Shown here piece after piece: positions 30,955 to 39,927 of a stretch of 64,000 nucleotides of DNA (the stretch's first letter is position 1; each line of letters opens with the position of its first letter). A model generated the notes under the pieces. The model made no database searches. It worked only from the letters and a program-made list of their open reading frames with translations, and had not been told where the DNA came from. Source of the DNA: an uncultured delta proteobacterium (GTDB lineage Bacteria > Desulfobacterota > Binatia > UBA9968); the NCBI GenBank assembly GCA_963760795.1, contig CAVXEP010000001.1, positions 168,818 through 232,817 of the forward strand. The letters are read 5' to 3'. The translations under genes were made by a program, and so were the position numbers.

Positions 30955-31548
30955 CTAGCCGTCGGCGGCTAGCGGCAGATCGGTGTAGATCGCATCGGCA
31001 ACGTAAACCTCGGTGCCAAATTCGCGGCTGACCAGCCGGCCATTGCCATTCAATGTCCCCAAGCCTGCTTTGGCGGCCAGCGCGTCCACGTTGGCATCGC
31101 GCACTACTGTGGCGCGAAAGCCCAATTCGCGAATCCATGAACTCAAAACAAAAGTGATGAACAAGCCGTTTTGCACCGGCATTTGGCCGCCGATGCCTTT
31201 GGCTTGGCGCGGGTCGTAGTCGGCATGGACGGCGCACAGGATAGCAAACGGAAATTCGTTGCTTTCGCCATTGCCCGGTGGCGCGAGGGGGCGAGGGGAA
31301 CGATCGTCAAGCTTGGCGATGCCGATCAGCTCCGTGCCGAAGTACTTCGCCATGCCTTTGACATGGCTGGAGGTGATCTCGGGCGTGTGCAGCTCGGCTT
31401 TATTGGGGAAAATATTCCCCGCCGGTGCATTGCGGATCAGTTCCGTCACCGTATTAGTCAGATCGGCGGGCGGCGTATTGATGAAAAACTCCCAGAAGGG
31501 ATCGTCCTTATGAGAGTTCTTGCCGGGCCAGGGAAACTTCAAAGCCAC
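30955..31548 (-). CDS. Reductive dehalogenase-like domain protein lacking Fe-S motifs
   Basis: HVKGMAKYFGTELIGIAK, WIRELGFRA, AGLG..NGRLVSREFG, YTDLPLAAD align by eye with the neighbouring RdhA; ends before the Fe-S domain. Confidence 0.75.
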   Translation of the reverse strand: MALKFPWPGKNSHKDDPFWEFFINTPPADLTNTVTELIRNAPAGNIFPNKAELHTPEITSSHVKGMAKYFGTELIGIAKLDDRSPRPLAPPGNGESNEFPFAILCAVHADYDPRQAKGIGGQMPVQNGLFITFVLSSWIRELGFRATVVRDANVDALAAKAGLGTLNGNGRLVSREFGTEVYVADAIYTDLPLAADG

Positions 31549-32859
31549 TTACGGTTCCCGCTTGACGAATCGATTGGTGTTTTCCTTAAGCGGCGCATAA
31601 TAGCCGACGTTCCCGGCGACGGCTTTGGCGCCGGCTTTCTCATGCGACGCGTTGCAGCCGGCGACAGTGCAGGCATGCTCGCCGGGTTTGACGCCGGAGT
31701 CGTAGCCCAGCCAAGTCACCCGCGCGTTACGCACCAAACCCCAGAATCGGTCATCGACCCACTTGAGAAACTTCACCAGCACCGGCCGCAGCACGTAGGG
31801 GCAATAGTGCAATGAAGACGTCGCCATGTTGTGCCACCATGTTTTCGGTTTGGTGTATGGGCAGACCGTGGCGCAGGTCAGACAGCTGCCCCAGTGATCG
31901 TGCACATAGGGGCGCAGCTTGTAGCAGGTGAGCCAATTGATCTTGTATTTCTCGACGCCGTTGTGGACGACCTTGTCGCCGACGGGGATGCTATTGGTCG
32001 GGCAGGTGTTGGCGCACTTGCGGCAGACTTTGCAGAAATCGTCGACGCCGATGTCGATTGGCTCATCACCCACCAGCGGCAGATCGGTCATGATCGGGTC
32101 GGGCATATGCACGCGGGCGCCGTATTCCTTGCTGATGACCAGCCCATTGCGGCCCAACTCGCCGACCCCGGAGGCCACGCCCACCGCTTGGGGCACGGCC
32201 ACGCCGCGTAGCGCCGTGTAACCGAGTTCTTTGATGTAACCTTCGAGGGCTTTCAGGATCATGTTGCCCTTGATTTGCGAGATGTGATAGGCGGCGTCGC
32301 CGATCAGATGGCGGTGCGCTTGCAGTTTGTTGTAGTCCCACGCGGTGGTCGCCATGATGATGTAGGGAAATTTGCGCGCCATTTGCTCCGGCGTGTGGGC
32401 TGCGTATTCGTCCTTGGCAGTGCCGTCTTGGACATAGCGGCCGCCGCCGGCAGCATAAAGAAAATTTGGATGGGCCTTGGCGATGCGGACGATATCCGCG
32501 CCCATGTAGTGCGCCACCGCTTTGATATGGCGCGCCATCGCGGCGGGGTCGTTCACCGGAACTTTCTGCGGATTGATTTTGCCCTTGGCCGCCTGGTTGA
32601 CCACCGTGCTCAAAAAATGTCTGCGGTCGGCGAAATGGTTTGGCGCCGATACCCTGGTCAGTGGATCTTTGGATACCGTGTTGTGGTACCAATTGAACAA
32701 CGGCTTACCCAGTTCGCCGCGCTGGTTTTTCGGGTGCGGCGATTGATTCATGTCGACGTTTTCAAACTTGCCGACGATGCGCACGGTGCGGCCGAGATAG
32801 GGCGTCGGGAACTCGGCGCTGGCGTTGGTGTTTGGGTTTGGAGTTTCAACTTTGGACAT
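31549..32859 (-). CDS. Reductive dehalogenase-like cobalamin/2x[4Fe-4S] protein without a Tat leader
   Basis: HIKAVAHYMGADIV, YIKELGY, GVGELGRNG, TDLPL..DEPID, FCKVCRKCANTCP and C..CLTCATVCPY. Confidence 0.85.
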   Translation of the reverse strand: MSKVETPNPNTNASAEFPTPYLGRTVRIVGKFENVDMNQSPHPKNQRGELGKPLFNWYHNTVSKDPLTRVSAPNHFADRRHFLSTVVNQAAKGKINPQKVPVNDPAAMARHIKAVAHYMGADIVRIAKAHPNFLYAAGGGRYVQDGTAKDEYAAHTPEQMARKFPYIIMATTAWDYNKLQAHRHLIGDAAYHISQIKGNMILKALEGYIKELGYTALRGVAVPQAVGVASGVGELGRNGLVISKEYGARVHMPDPIMTDLPLVGDEPIDIGVDDFCKVCRKCANTCPTNSIPVGDKVVHNGVEKYKINWLTCYKLRPYVHDHWGSCLTCATVCPYTKPKTWWHNMATSSLHYCPYVLRPVLVKFLKWVDDRFWGLVRNARVTWLGYDSGVKPGEHACTVAGCNASHEKAGAKAVAGNVGYYAPLKENTNRFVKREP

Positions 32860-32904
32860 TGTTTGCCCTCCGGTTAAATTAGACAGAGAAGAGAGACTAG
32901 TTTT

Positions 32905-33306
32905 TTAGCCCTGATAAGCCGCCAGCGCCACTTCAGCGCATTTTTGATCTTGATCGTCGGTGCCGCCCGAGACTGCGATGGCGCCGACGACGTTGCCGCC
33001 TTCCACCACCGGTATGGCGCCGCCACCCGGCATTACTTTGCCACTGCTCGATACCACCAGACTTTGAAACCAGGCCTGGTTCGCCACGCCGGCCAAGTCT
33101 TTGGTCTGCTGCTGGAAGCTAGCCGCAGTGTAACCTTTGTTGAGGGCGATCTCTACCGTGATCGGCCGCGCTTTGTCCATGCGCCCGAGCGCGATCATGC
33201 GCCCACTCTGGTCGACCACCACCGCCGTTACAGCAATGTCCAGTTGCGCCGCTTGGGTATGCGCGTTGCGCACCATCTGAATCGCTTTTTCTCCAGGTAT
33301 AGCCAT
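32905..33306 (-). CDS. GlcG/HbpS family haem-binding protein
   Basis: AVVVDQSG, RMD, ALNKGYTAA, GGAIPV..G.VVGAIAVSGG..DQD. Confidence 0.88.
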   Translation of the reverse strand: MAIPGEKAIQMVRNAHTQAAQLDIAVTAVVVDQSGRMIALGRMDKARPITVEIALNKGYTAASFQQQTKDLAGVANQAWFQSLVVSSSGKVMPGGGAIPVVEGGNVVGAIAVSGGTDDQDQKCAEVALAAYQG

Positions 33307-33345
33307 AGTTGCCGGGGAACCTCCTCTTGCTGTGCTGTTACGGCT

Positions 33346-33376
33346 ACTTTAACAGGGAATGGGTATGGACAGTCAA
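33346..33376 (-). promoter_or_regulatory. Possible sigma70 promoter for the GlcG-RdhA operon
   Basis: Minus strand TTGACT-N19-TAAAGT with extended -10 TG, upstream of a GAGGAGG SD; spacer is long. Confidence 0.35.
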
Positions 33377-33426
33377 GCGGAAATTGATACCGGCAATGGT
33401 CCACTCTGGTTCAACGAATCGTCAAT

Positions 33427-33457
33427 GTAGGGGCGACCACAGGGGGGTCGCCCCTAC
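33427..33457. repeat. GTAG-type REP hairpin (relatives at 41153-41176, 44451-44475, 44556-44580, 54235-54257)
   Basis: GTAGGGGCGACC-N7-GGTCGCCCCTAC. Confidence 0.8.
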
Positions 33458-33648
33458 GGGATTGGTGGTTCGCGCGCCGGGAATCTCAATCGCCTTCCTC
33501 CGAGTTGCGCAAATGAATCGATCTAGTTTAAGCTCAGCAGCGGTGGACGCCCCGAAATATTTGATAGGTAAGCTCGACGGCCAGGCGGCGATCGTAACCG
33601 GCGGTACGCACGCTGGTTATCGTCCCGTCAAACCTTGGAGATAATCAT

Positions 33649-34725
33649 ATGCTGACCATCGACGCCGACGCTCACGTCATGGAAGGTCCGCGGACTTGGG
33701 AATATTGCGACCCATCGGAGCGCAAGTTCATGCCGGTGTTAGTCGATCCTGGCGCCGGCTCCGACCGGCAGTTTTGGCTGGTCGATGGCAAGATCCGCGG
33801 CCATGTGCGCCATGTGATCAAGTCGAAAGATTTTCATGCCCTCGCCGAAGCCAGTGGCCGCGACATGGTGGTGCCGCCGGAAGCGCAGCACCTCGAAGAT
33901 GTCCAGGCGCGCGTTCGCCACATGGACGAGATGGGCATCGATATTCAGGTGATGTATCCGACTATCTTCATCCAGCAGGTCACCGACAAACCCGAGTTCG
34001 AAGTGCCGATCTGCAAAGCCTACAACCGCTGGATGGCCGATGTCTGGAAACAGGGTAACGGCCGGCTGCGCTGGGTCTGCGTGCTGCCGCTGCTGAGCCT
34101 GCAAGATTCCATCGACATGCTGCCATGGTGCAAGGAAAACGGCGCGGTGGCGGTGTTGATGCGGCCCTTCGAAGGCGATCGCTTGATCCAGGATCCTTAT
34201 TTCTATCCGCTCTATGAAGCGATGAGCAAACATGATCTGCCCGTGGGGATGCATATCGGCAACGGCAATCCTGGGTGTTTGGACATCACGCGTCAGCGCG
34301 TCGGCTATGGCGCCGGCTTCTGGAGCATGTCAGCTAACACCGCCGGCGCCTGCCACGCGGTGATTACCAGCAAGCTGCCGGAAGTTTTTCCCAAGCTGCG
34401 CTTCGGTTTCATCGAAGCCTCGGCGCAGTGGATTCCCTGGGTCTTCAAAGACATCAAGCGGCGCGCCGAAGGGCGCAAGCTGCCGGATAATTTTTTCGAC
34501 ACCTACCGTCTCTACGTGTCTTGCTATAGCAGCACCGACGACATCGAATATATCGCGCAGTATTCCACCGAAAATACCCTGATGACCGGCACCGACTACG
34601 GCCATGTCGACATGTCCGTCGAGATCGACGCGCTACGGACGCTGGAAAAGAACGGCAAAGTGCGGCCCGAGCTGGCGCGGAAGATTTTGCACGACAATCC
34701 AGCGCGGTTTTACGGGATTCAATAA
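33649..34725 (+). CDS. Amidohydrolase 2 family protein (decarboxylase/hydratase-like)
   Basis: IDADAHVME, MDEMGID, AYNRW, GMHIG, GTDYGH, DNPARFY. Confidence 0.9.
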   Translation: MLTIDADAHVMEGPRTWEYCDPSERKFMPVLVDPGAGSDRQFWLVDGKIRGHVRHVIKSKDFHALAEASGRDMVVPPEAQHLEDVQARVRHMDEMGIDIQVMYPTIFIQQVTDKPEFEVPICKAYNRWMADVWKQGNGRLRWVCVLPLLSLQDSIDMLPWCKENGAVAVLMRPFEGDRLIQDPYFYPLYEAMSKHDLPVGMHIGNGNPGCLDITRQRVGYGAGFWSMSANTAGACHAVITSKLPEVFPKLRFGFIEASAQWIPWVFKDIKRRAEGRKLPDNFFDTYRLYVSCYSSTDDIEYIAQYSTENTLMTGTDYGHVDMSVEIDALRTLEKNGKVRPELARKILHDNPARFYGIQ

Positions 34726-34729
34726 TACC

Positions 34730-34765
34730 GTTCAAATCGTTCAAGCGGTTCAAAATGTTCAAACC
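34730..34765. repeat. 9-bp-period tandem repeat (GTTCAANNN)x4
   Basis: gttcaaatc gttcaagcg gttcaaaat gttcaaacc after the stop codon; same style as 1849-1884. Confidence 0.75.
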
Positions 34766-34787
34766 GTCAGAATCGGAGCTCGAGAAA

Positions 34788-35777
34788 ATGCGGAGAGCTG
34801 TGATTCGTTTCGCTGCATTGTTCGTTTTCACCACAGTATTTGTCGAAACGAATGCGTTTGCCCAGCTCACCAGGCTCAACGTCGGTTATGTCGGCATTAC
34901 GTCGGATAACGCGGCGGCGTTCATTGCGCGCGACACCGGCATTTATGCGCGCAACGGGCTGGACGTGCAGCTGATCTACATGAACAGCGGCAGCACGGCG
35001 GTGGCGGCTTTGATCAGTGGCGACACCCCGATCACGCAGACCGCCGGGCCGGGCGTTATCAACGCGACGATGAACGGTTCGGACACCGTGATGATCGCCG
35101 GTGGCAACGTGACATTGGATTACTGGATGCTCAGCCGGCCGGAGATCAAGACTGCGGAGCAGTTGAAGGGCGGCGCGGTGGCGATCAGCCGCTTCGGCTC
35201 GGCTTCCGACTTCATCGTGCGCTACGCTTTGCAGCGGCTTGGCTTAACTCCGGTGAAGGATGTGGCGATACTGCAAGTCGGATCGCTCACCGAACGCCTT
35301 GCGGCGATGGAAACCAAACGCGTGCAGGCGACGGTCTTAGCGCCGCCGGCGATGTATCAAGCGCAGATGCGCGGCTTCAACATGCTTGCGGACATCTCTG
35401 CGCTCGGTTTGCCGTATCAGGCCACCGGCGTAGCGACGACGCGAAAATTCATTCGTGAACGGACCGACGTTGTCCGCCGCTACATCAAAGCCCATGTCGA
35501 GGCCGTGCACCGCTTCAAGACCGACCGCGAAACCTCGATGAAAGTACTGGCCAAGTCTCTAGCGATCTCCGACAAACAGTTGCTCGAAAGAACCTATGAC
35601 GGCGCCATCGCCGAGCATAAACTGCCGGCCAAGCAGTATCCGACCCTAGAGGGATTGAAAACGATCATGGCGAGCGACCCGAAAGCCAAGGGAGCGAAGG
35701 CCGAAGAGTTTGTCGATCTGCGATTCATCAAAGAGCTCGACGACAGCGGCTACTTCGACAAGCTGTATAAGAGATAA
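34788..35777 (+). CDS. NitT/TauT family ABC substrate-binding protein
   Basis: Signal peptide; GIYARNGLDVQL; FVDLRFIKELDDSGY. Confidence 0.88.
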   Translation: MRRAVIRFAALFVFTTVFVETNAFAQLTRLNVGYVGITSDNAAAFIARDTGIYARNGLDVQLIYMNSGSTAVAALISGDTPITQTAGPGVINATMNGSDTVMIAGGNVTLDYWMLSRPEIKTAEQLKGGAVAISRFGSASDFIVRYALQRLGLTPVKDVAILQVGSLTERLAAMETKRVQATVLAPPAMYQAQMRGFNMLADISALGLPYQATGVATTRKFIRERTDVVRRYIKAHVEAVHRFKTDRETSMKVLAKSLAISDKQLLERTYDGAIAEHKLPAKQYPTLEGLKTIMASDPKAKGAKAEEFVDLRFIKELDDSGYFDKLYKR

Positions 35778-35942
35778 GTTTCGCAGAGCTAGGGCGTCCG
35801 TGACTTCCGTTTCAGCCATTCGTATTGCCGTTGCTCGTTTCCTGTCATTTCGAGCGCAGCGAGAGATCTTTCTTGTTATTTCAATAGGGTTGGATTCTAA
35901 CTGAACCAGAACCGAAGAAAACGGGACATGCTGAATTTCTAG

Positions 35943-36000
35943 GGCTAACTTGCCGCTTCAGACCGACGCTGAATACGCGCGGCTGAGCGCAGCGTTGAAC
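35943..36000 (+). mobile_element. Integron attC-like recombination site
   Basis: GGCTAAC...CTTCAG...CTGAG...GTTGAAC, 58 bp imperfect palindrome with an extra-helical base in the L box. Confidence 0.65.
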
Positions 36001-36031
36001 TATAATAAACCGCTCAAAGGAGAGCGATCGA

Positions 36032-37396
36032 GTGGACGAGCATAGCGTGTCAAGCCTTAATGAGACCGGAACCGTCAGGCTGCTCAGCCTCCTAGGCAAT
36101 TCGCTGGCGGCTGTGTGCGTGCTCGCTGCCGTCGGCGGCGGTTGCACATTCCCATCGGCGACAGACCACCGCGACGGCATCGCCTCCGGGTCTTTCTCCG
36201 CCGAGCCATCAGCGCCCACCACGCCTCGCTTTGCCGCGGGCGGCCCCGACACCGAGGACTTCGGCGCGAGCGCGGGCTATCCGATCGGCGACCGCTCAAG
36301 CTTCTTTCGAATCCCGTTCCTCGTTGGCTCTCACAGTCATCTCGACCAGATCTTCGAAGGCCGGTTGGTTCGCCGCGCCACTACGCCGTCGCGTCTCGAG
36401 CGCGTAAACTCCGAGCCGGCGCTCCGCTACGAGTTTGGCGGCGAGACCCGCACGCTCGACGACTACCTGGCGCGCAACCCGGCCACCGGTCTCCTCATCG
36501 CGCGCGGCGAGACGATCCTCATCGAGCGCTACCAGTACGGCCGCAACGATCGGCATCGCTTCACCTCGTGGTCGATGGCCAAGACCGTCACCTCCATGTT
36601 GGTCGGCATCGCGATCGCGGAAGGCCACATCCGCTCGGTGGATGATCCCGCTGCCACATACGTGCCGGCGCTCCGCGGTACCGAGTACGGACGCACTTCG
36701 CTCCGGCATCTGCTTCAGATGTCCTCGGGCGTGCGGTTCGTCGAGCAGTACACGGGAGTGGACGACGTGTCGCGGCTCGCCGCCGACACGTTTCTGCAGC
36801 TCGGTTCCGGGGGCGTCGATGCGGTGACGCCGTTCAATGTGCGGGCCGCGCCGAGCGGCACCAAGTTCTCCTACGCCTCAGTCGAGACCCAGGTGCTCGG
36901 CCTCGTGCTACGGAGCGCAGTCGGGCGACCGGTCGCGGACTACCTGCAAGAAAAGATCTGGGCGCCGATCGGTGCTGAAGCCGACGCGACCTGGCTCATC
37001 GACCGGTCGGGTCAGGAAGTGACGTTTTGCTGCATCAACGCGGTCCTGCGCGACTACGCGCGACTCGGCTTGCTGCTCGCTCACGACGGGAATTGGCGGG
37101 GCCGTCAGATCATTCCCGCCGCGTGGATCGAGGACGCCACGCGCGTGGCTCCGGACCAAACACATCTGCGCCCCGGCAGCGCGACGGCATTTTTCGGGTA
37201 TGGCTATCAGGTGTGGATTTTGCCGGGCGAGCGGCGGATGTTCGCGTTCCTCGGCGTACGCGGCCAGGCGATCTGGGTCGATCCGGCCAGCCGGCTCGTC
37301 ATGGTCCACACGGCGGTTCGGAAGCAGTGGGTCGGTCCGGGCGTCCGGGAGGCAACCGCACTCTGGCAGAGTATCGTGCGCGAGCTGGGTGGCTGA
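36032..37396 (+). CDS. Serine hydrolase, beta-lactamase-related (class C/NylB-like)
   Basis: SxxK (SMAK), LLQMSSG, FSYAS, GYGYQVW, GVRGQ. Confidence 0.88.
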   Translation: MDEHSVSSLNETGTVRLLSLLGNSLAAVCVLAAVGGGCTFPSATDHRDGIASGSFSAEPSAPTTPRFAAGGPDTEDFGASAGYPIGDRSSFFRIPFLVGSHSHLDQIFEGRLVRRATTPSRLERVNSEPALRYEFGGETRTLDDYLARNPATGLLIARGETILIERYQYGRNDRHRFTSWSMAKTVTSMLVGIAIAEGHIRSVDDPAATYVPALRGTEYGRTSLRHLLQMSSGVRFVEQYTGVDDVSRLAADTFLQLGSGGVDAVTPFNVRAAPSGTKFSYASVETQVLGLVLRSAVGRPVADYLQEKIWAPIGAEADATWLIDRSGQEVTFCCINAVLRDYARLGLLLAHDGNWRGRQIIPAAWIEDATRVAPDQTHLRPGSATAFFGYGYQVWILPGERRMFAFLGVRGQAIWVDPASRLVMVHTAVRKQWVGPGVREATALWQSIVRELGG

Positions 37397-37436
37397 CCGG
37401 GGGCGCGGCCACCACAGCGCTTGTTCGCGAAGCGGC

Positions 37437-37496
37437 GGCTAACTGCAGCTTGGAGCTGCCGGCGCTGTCGCGCCGCCGCTCAAGCCGGCGTTAACT
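37437..37496 (+). mobile_element. Integron attC-like recombination site
   Basis: GGCTAAC...TTGGAGC...GCTCAA...GTTAACT, 60 bp, about 40 bp after the hydrolase stop. Confidence 0.65.
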
Positions 37497-37606
37497 CTGT
37501 ACTTGAACTAAATTTTCCATAGGGCGAATATTGCCAGGAATCAGAGGCAAGCCTCGTTACGAAAAAGCCAGATCAGCGGCGAGCCCGAGAAATATTGCGC
37601 ATCGTT

Positions 37607-38578
37607 CTATTTTGCTCCCAGCTTCTTAAAGAACCCATCTTTCTCCAGTTCCGCGACGAATCTCATGTCGACAAAATCATCCGGCTTGGCTTGGCGCGCT
37701 TTAGGATCGCTTACTGCTAGCTCGGCGAGGATTGTTTCGATGCCGCGGCGACTCGTGTAGGGGACCGATTCGATCAACTCGCGATATTCTTTGTGGGTTT
37801 CTTCGAGAATCTCCAGGTCGGTGACGCGGGTGTATTTTTGCAATGCTTTTAGCGCGATCGGCTTGTTGGATTTGAAAAGATGCACGGCTTCGGCGTAGGC
37901 GCGCATGAAGCGGCGGACGATTTCCGGATTGCTGCGAATGTAGGCGCGGGTCGCGCCGACGGCGATGGAAACATACTCCGGGCCGTCTTTCGCCGGGGTC
38001 GCGAGGTCGACCAGGCCGGCCTTGCGCCCCCGAATGGTCGTTGGCGACGACAGCGGGCCGGCGTCGATCCTGCCGGCGGCGAGGGCGATCAAGATGTTCG
38101 GCACTTCACCCAAAGGAACTATCTCGTAGTCGCCCGGTTTGAGCCCGGCCTGGTTGAGCACGTAGAGCGTGACGGTGTGGGTCGATGAGCCGACGCGAGT
38201 GACGCCGATGCGTTTGCCGCGCAAATCGCTGACGCGCTTGAACTCCGGGCGCGCCATGAAAGTGAAGGGAAAGCGATTGGTCACGCCGGCGATGAGCACC
38301 ACATCGGAACCGGTTAGGTTGGACTGAATCGTGTTGCGCCCGTCGACATAGGAGATCGCGACCTCGCCGGCAAGAATGGTTTGAATGATCAGGGAGCTCG
38401 ACGGAATATGCAGCAGCTCGACGTCGAGGCCGTTTTTCTTGAAGAGTCCCTCGTCATGGGCGATCCAGATGCCGCTCTGGCCGGCGGCGATGGCCGACCA
38501 GTTGACGCGCACTTTCATTTGCGCCGAGGCCGGTTCAACGAAAGTCAGCAGGGCTAACACTGTAAATAACTATCTCAT
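37607..38578 (-). CDS. NitT/TauT family ABC substrate-binding protein; in-frame TAG at codon 3 after the SD-preceded ATG (alternative GTG start at 38560)
   Basis: GGAGG-N5-ATG AGA TAG; GLFKKNGLDVEL, DLRGKRIGV, FVDMRFVAELEKDGF. Confidence 0.8.
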
Positions 38579-39027
38579 GGCCACCTCCCAGCGCGCGCGT
38601 CATAGATAATAACAGCTTCGCTTGAGTGAATGGTTCGTAGCAAACCCGTCCGAGTTGCGCAATTGCGTAATTACGGATTAGTGTGCGGTTATGGACGCGC
38701 GCCGAATAAGTTTGGCGAAACGGTGTGAATTGATTCTCCCTTTGGGAAAGGGGCATTAAGTGAGATTTGATGTTGGCGTGGGGATGGATTTCGCAGTAGA
38801 TCGGCGATCCTCTGCGACGGTGGCGCCGCAGGTCAGAAAAAAATCTCCCCTTGGCCCCTCTTTTCCAAAGAGGGGTAACGGAGAACTTGTCACGACTTGA
38901 GCGGCTAGCAAATTTCGCTGGGTCTCCACGCCCGCCGTGTCCAGGCCAGACTAGAGGGTTAACCAGCCGTTTCTCGCAGGGGAAATCGGTAGATTCAAAT
39001 TCGTTCAGGAAGCGGTAAGAGACTTTT

Positions 39028-39764
39028 ATGGGTAGACTCGACGGACAAGTGGCGATCGTCACCGGCGGGAGCCGGGGCATCGGACGGGCGGTGGCGCTGA
39101 GGTTTGCGCGGGAGGGGGCGCGGGTGGCGATCACGGCGGTGCAGGATCGCGATACGCTGGAAAAAGCCGAGCGGGATATCACCGCGCTGGGCGGCGATTG
39201 TATCGCCATGCTCGCCGACGTGACGCGCCGTGGCGACATCGACAAGCTGGTGCAAACGATTCTCGCCAAGTGGGGGCGCATCGATGTGCTGGTGAATAAC
39301 GCCGGCATTCTGCGACTGGCACCGCTGGAAAATATCACCGAAGAACGCTGGGACGATACGCTGCGGCGTGCACTTGAAGGGCACGTTCAATTGCACCCAA
39401 GCGGTGATCCCGATCATGAAGCAACAGCAGAAAGGCAAGATCATCAACATCGCCGCGCCTTCGGCATTGCGCGGCTCCTACGGCGTCGCCGACTATGCGG
39501 CGGCCAAGGGCGGCATCATCGCCTTGACCAAAAATGCCGCCAACGAACTCAAGTCGCACAACATTCAGGTCAATTGCATCTCGCCGGTGGCCGACACGCG
39601 CATGACCGAAGAGCTGACCAGGTTTCGCCGCGAACAGTTGGGCATCGCCCGGCGCGAACGGGAGATTCGTGCCGCCCGAAGCGATCGCGCCGGCGTTTTT
39701 GTTTTTTGCCACCAGCGACTCCGATTATGTCTCCGGGCAGTTGTTGGAAGTGGGAAGGACGTGA
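39028..39764 (+). CDS. SDR family oxidoreductase (FabG-like), two apparent +1 frameshifts (near 39365 and 39650)
   Basis: TGGSRGIG, NNAG, YAAAK, VNCISP; third frame gives FLFFATSDSDYVSGQLLEV. Confidence 0.85.
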
Positions 39765-39927
39765 GAATGGAGTGTTGGAGTAGTGGAGTAATGGAGGAAT
39801 GGCTGATGCGGGACGCTTCGACTAGTCAGCATGAACGGAAATACGCGTCTTGTCCGTTCGTCCCTGAGCCTGTCGAATGGACTCCGAAGATATGGTCGGT
39901 TTCCTGATTCGAGGACGAGACTAATGC

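Noticed and set aside
32610-32632. DRRHFLS twin-arginine-like motif in the RdhA
   Set aside because: Lies about 78 residues from the start and is not followed by a hydrophobic h-region
33307-33648. Cobalamin riboswitch upstream of the RdhA operon
   Set aside because: No convincing B12-box or conserved core found by eye; the hairpin present is a GTAG REP
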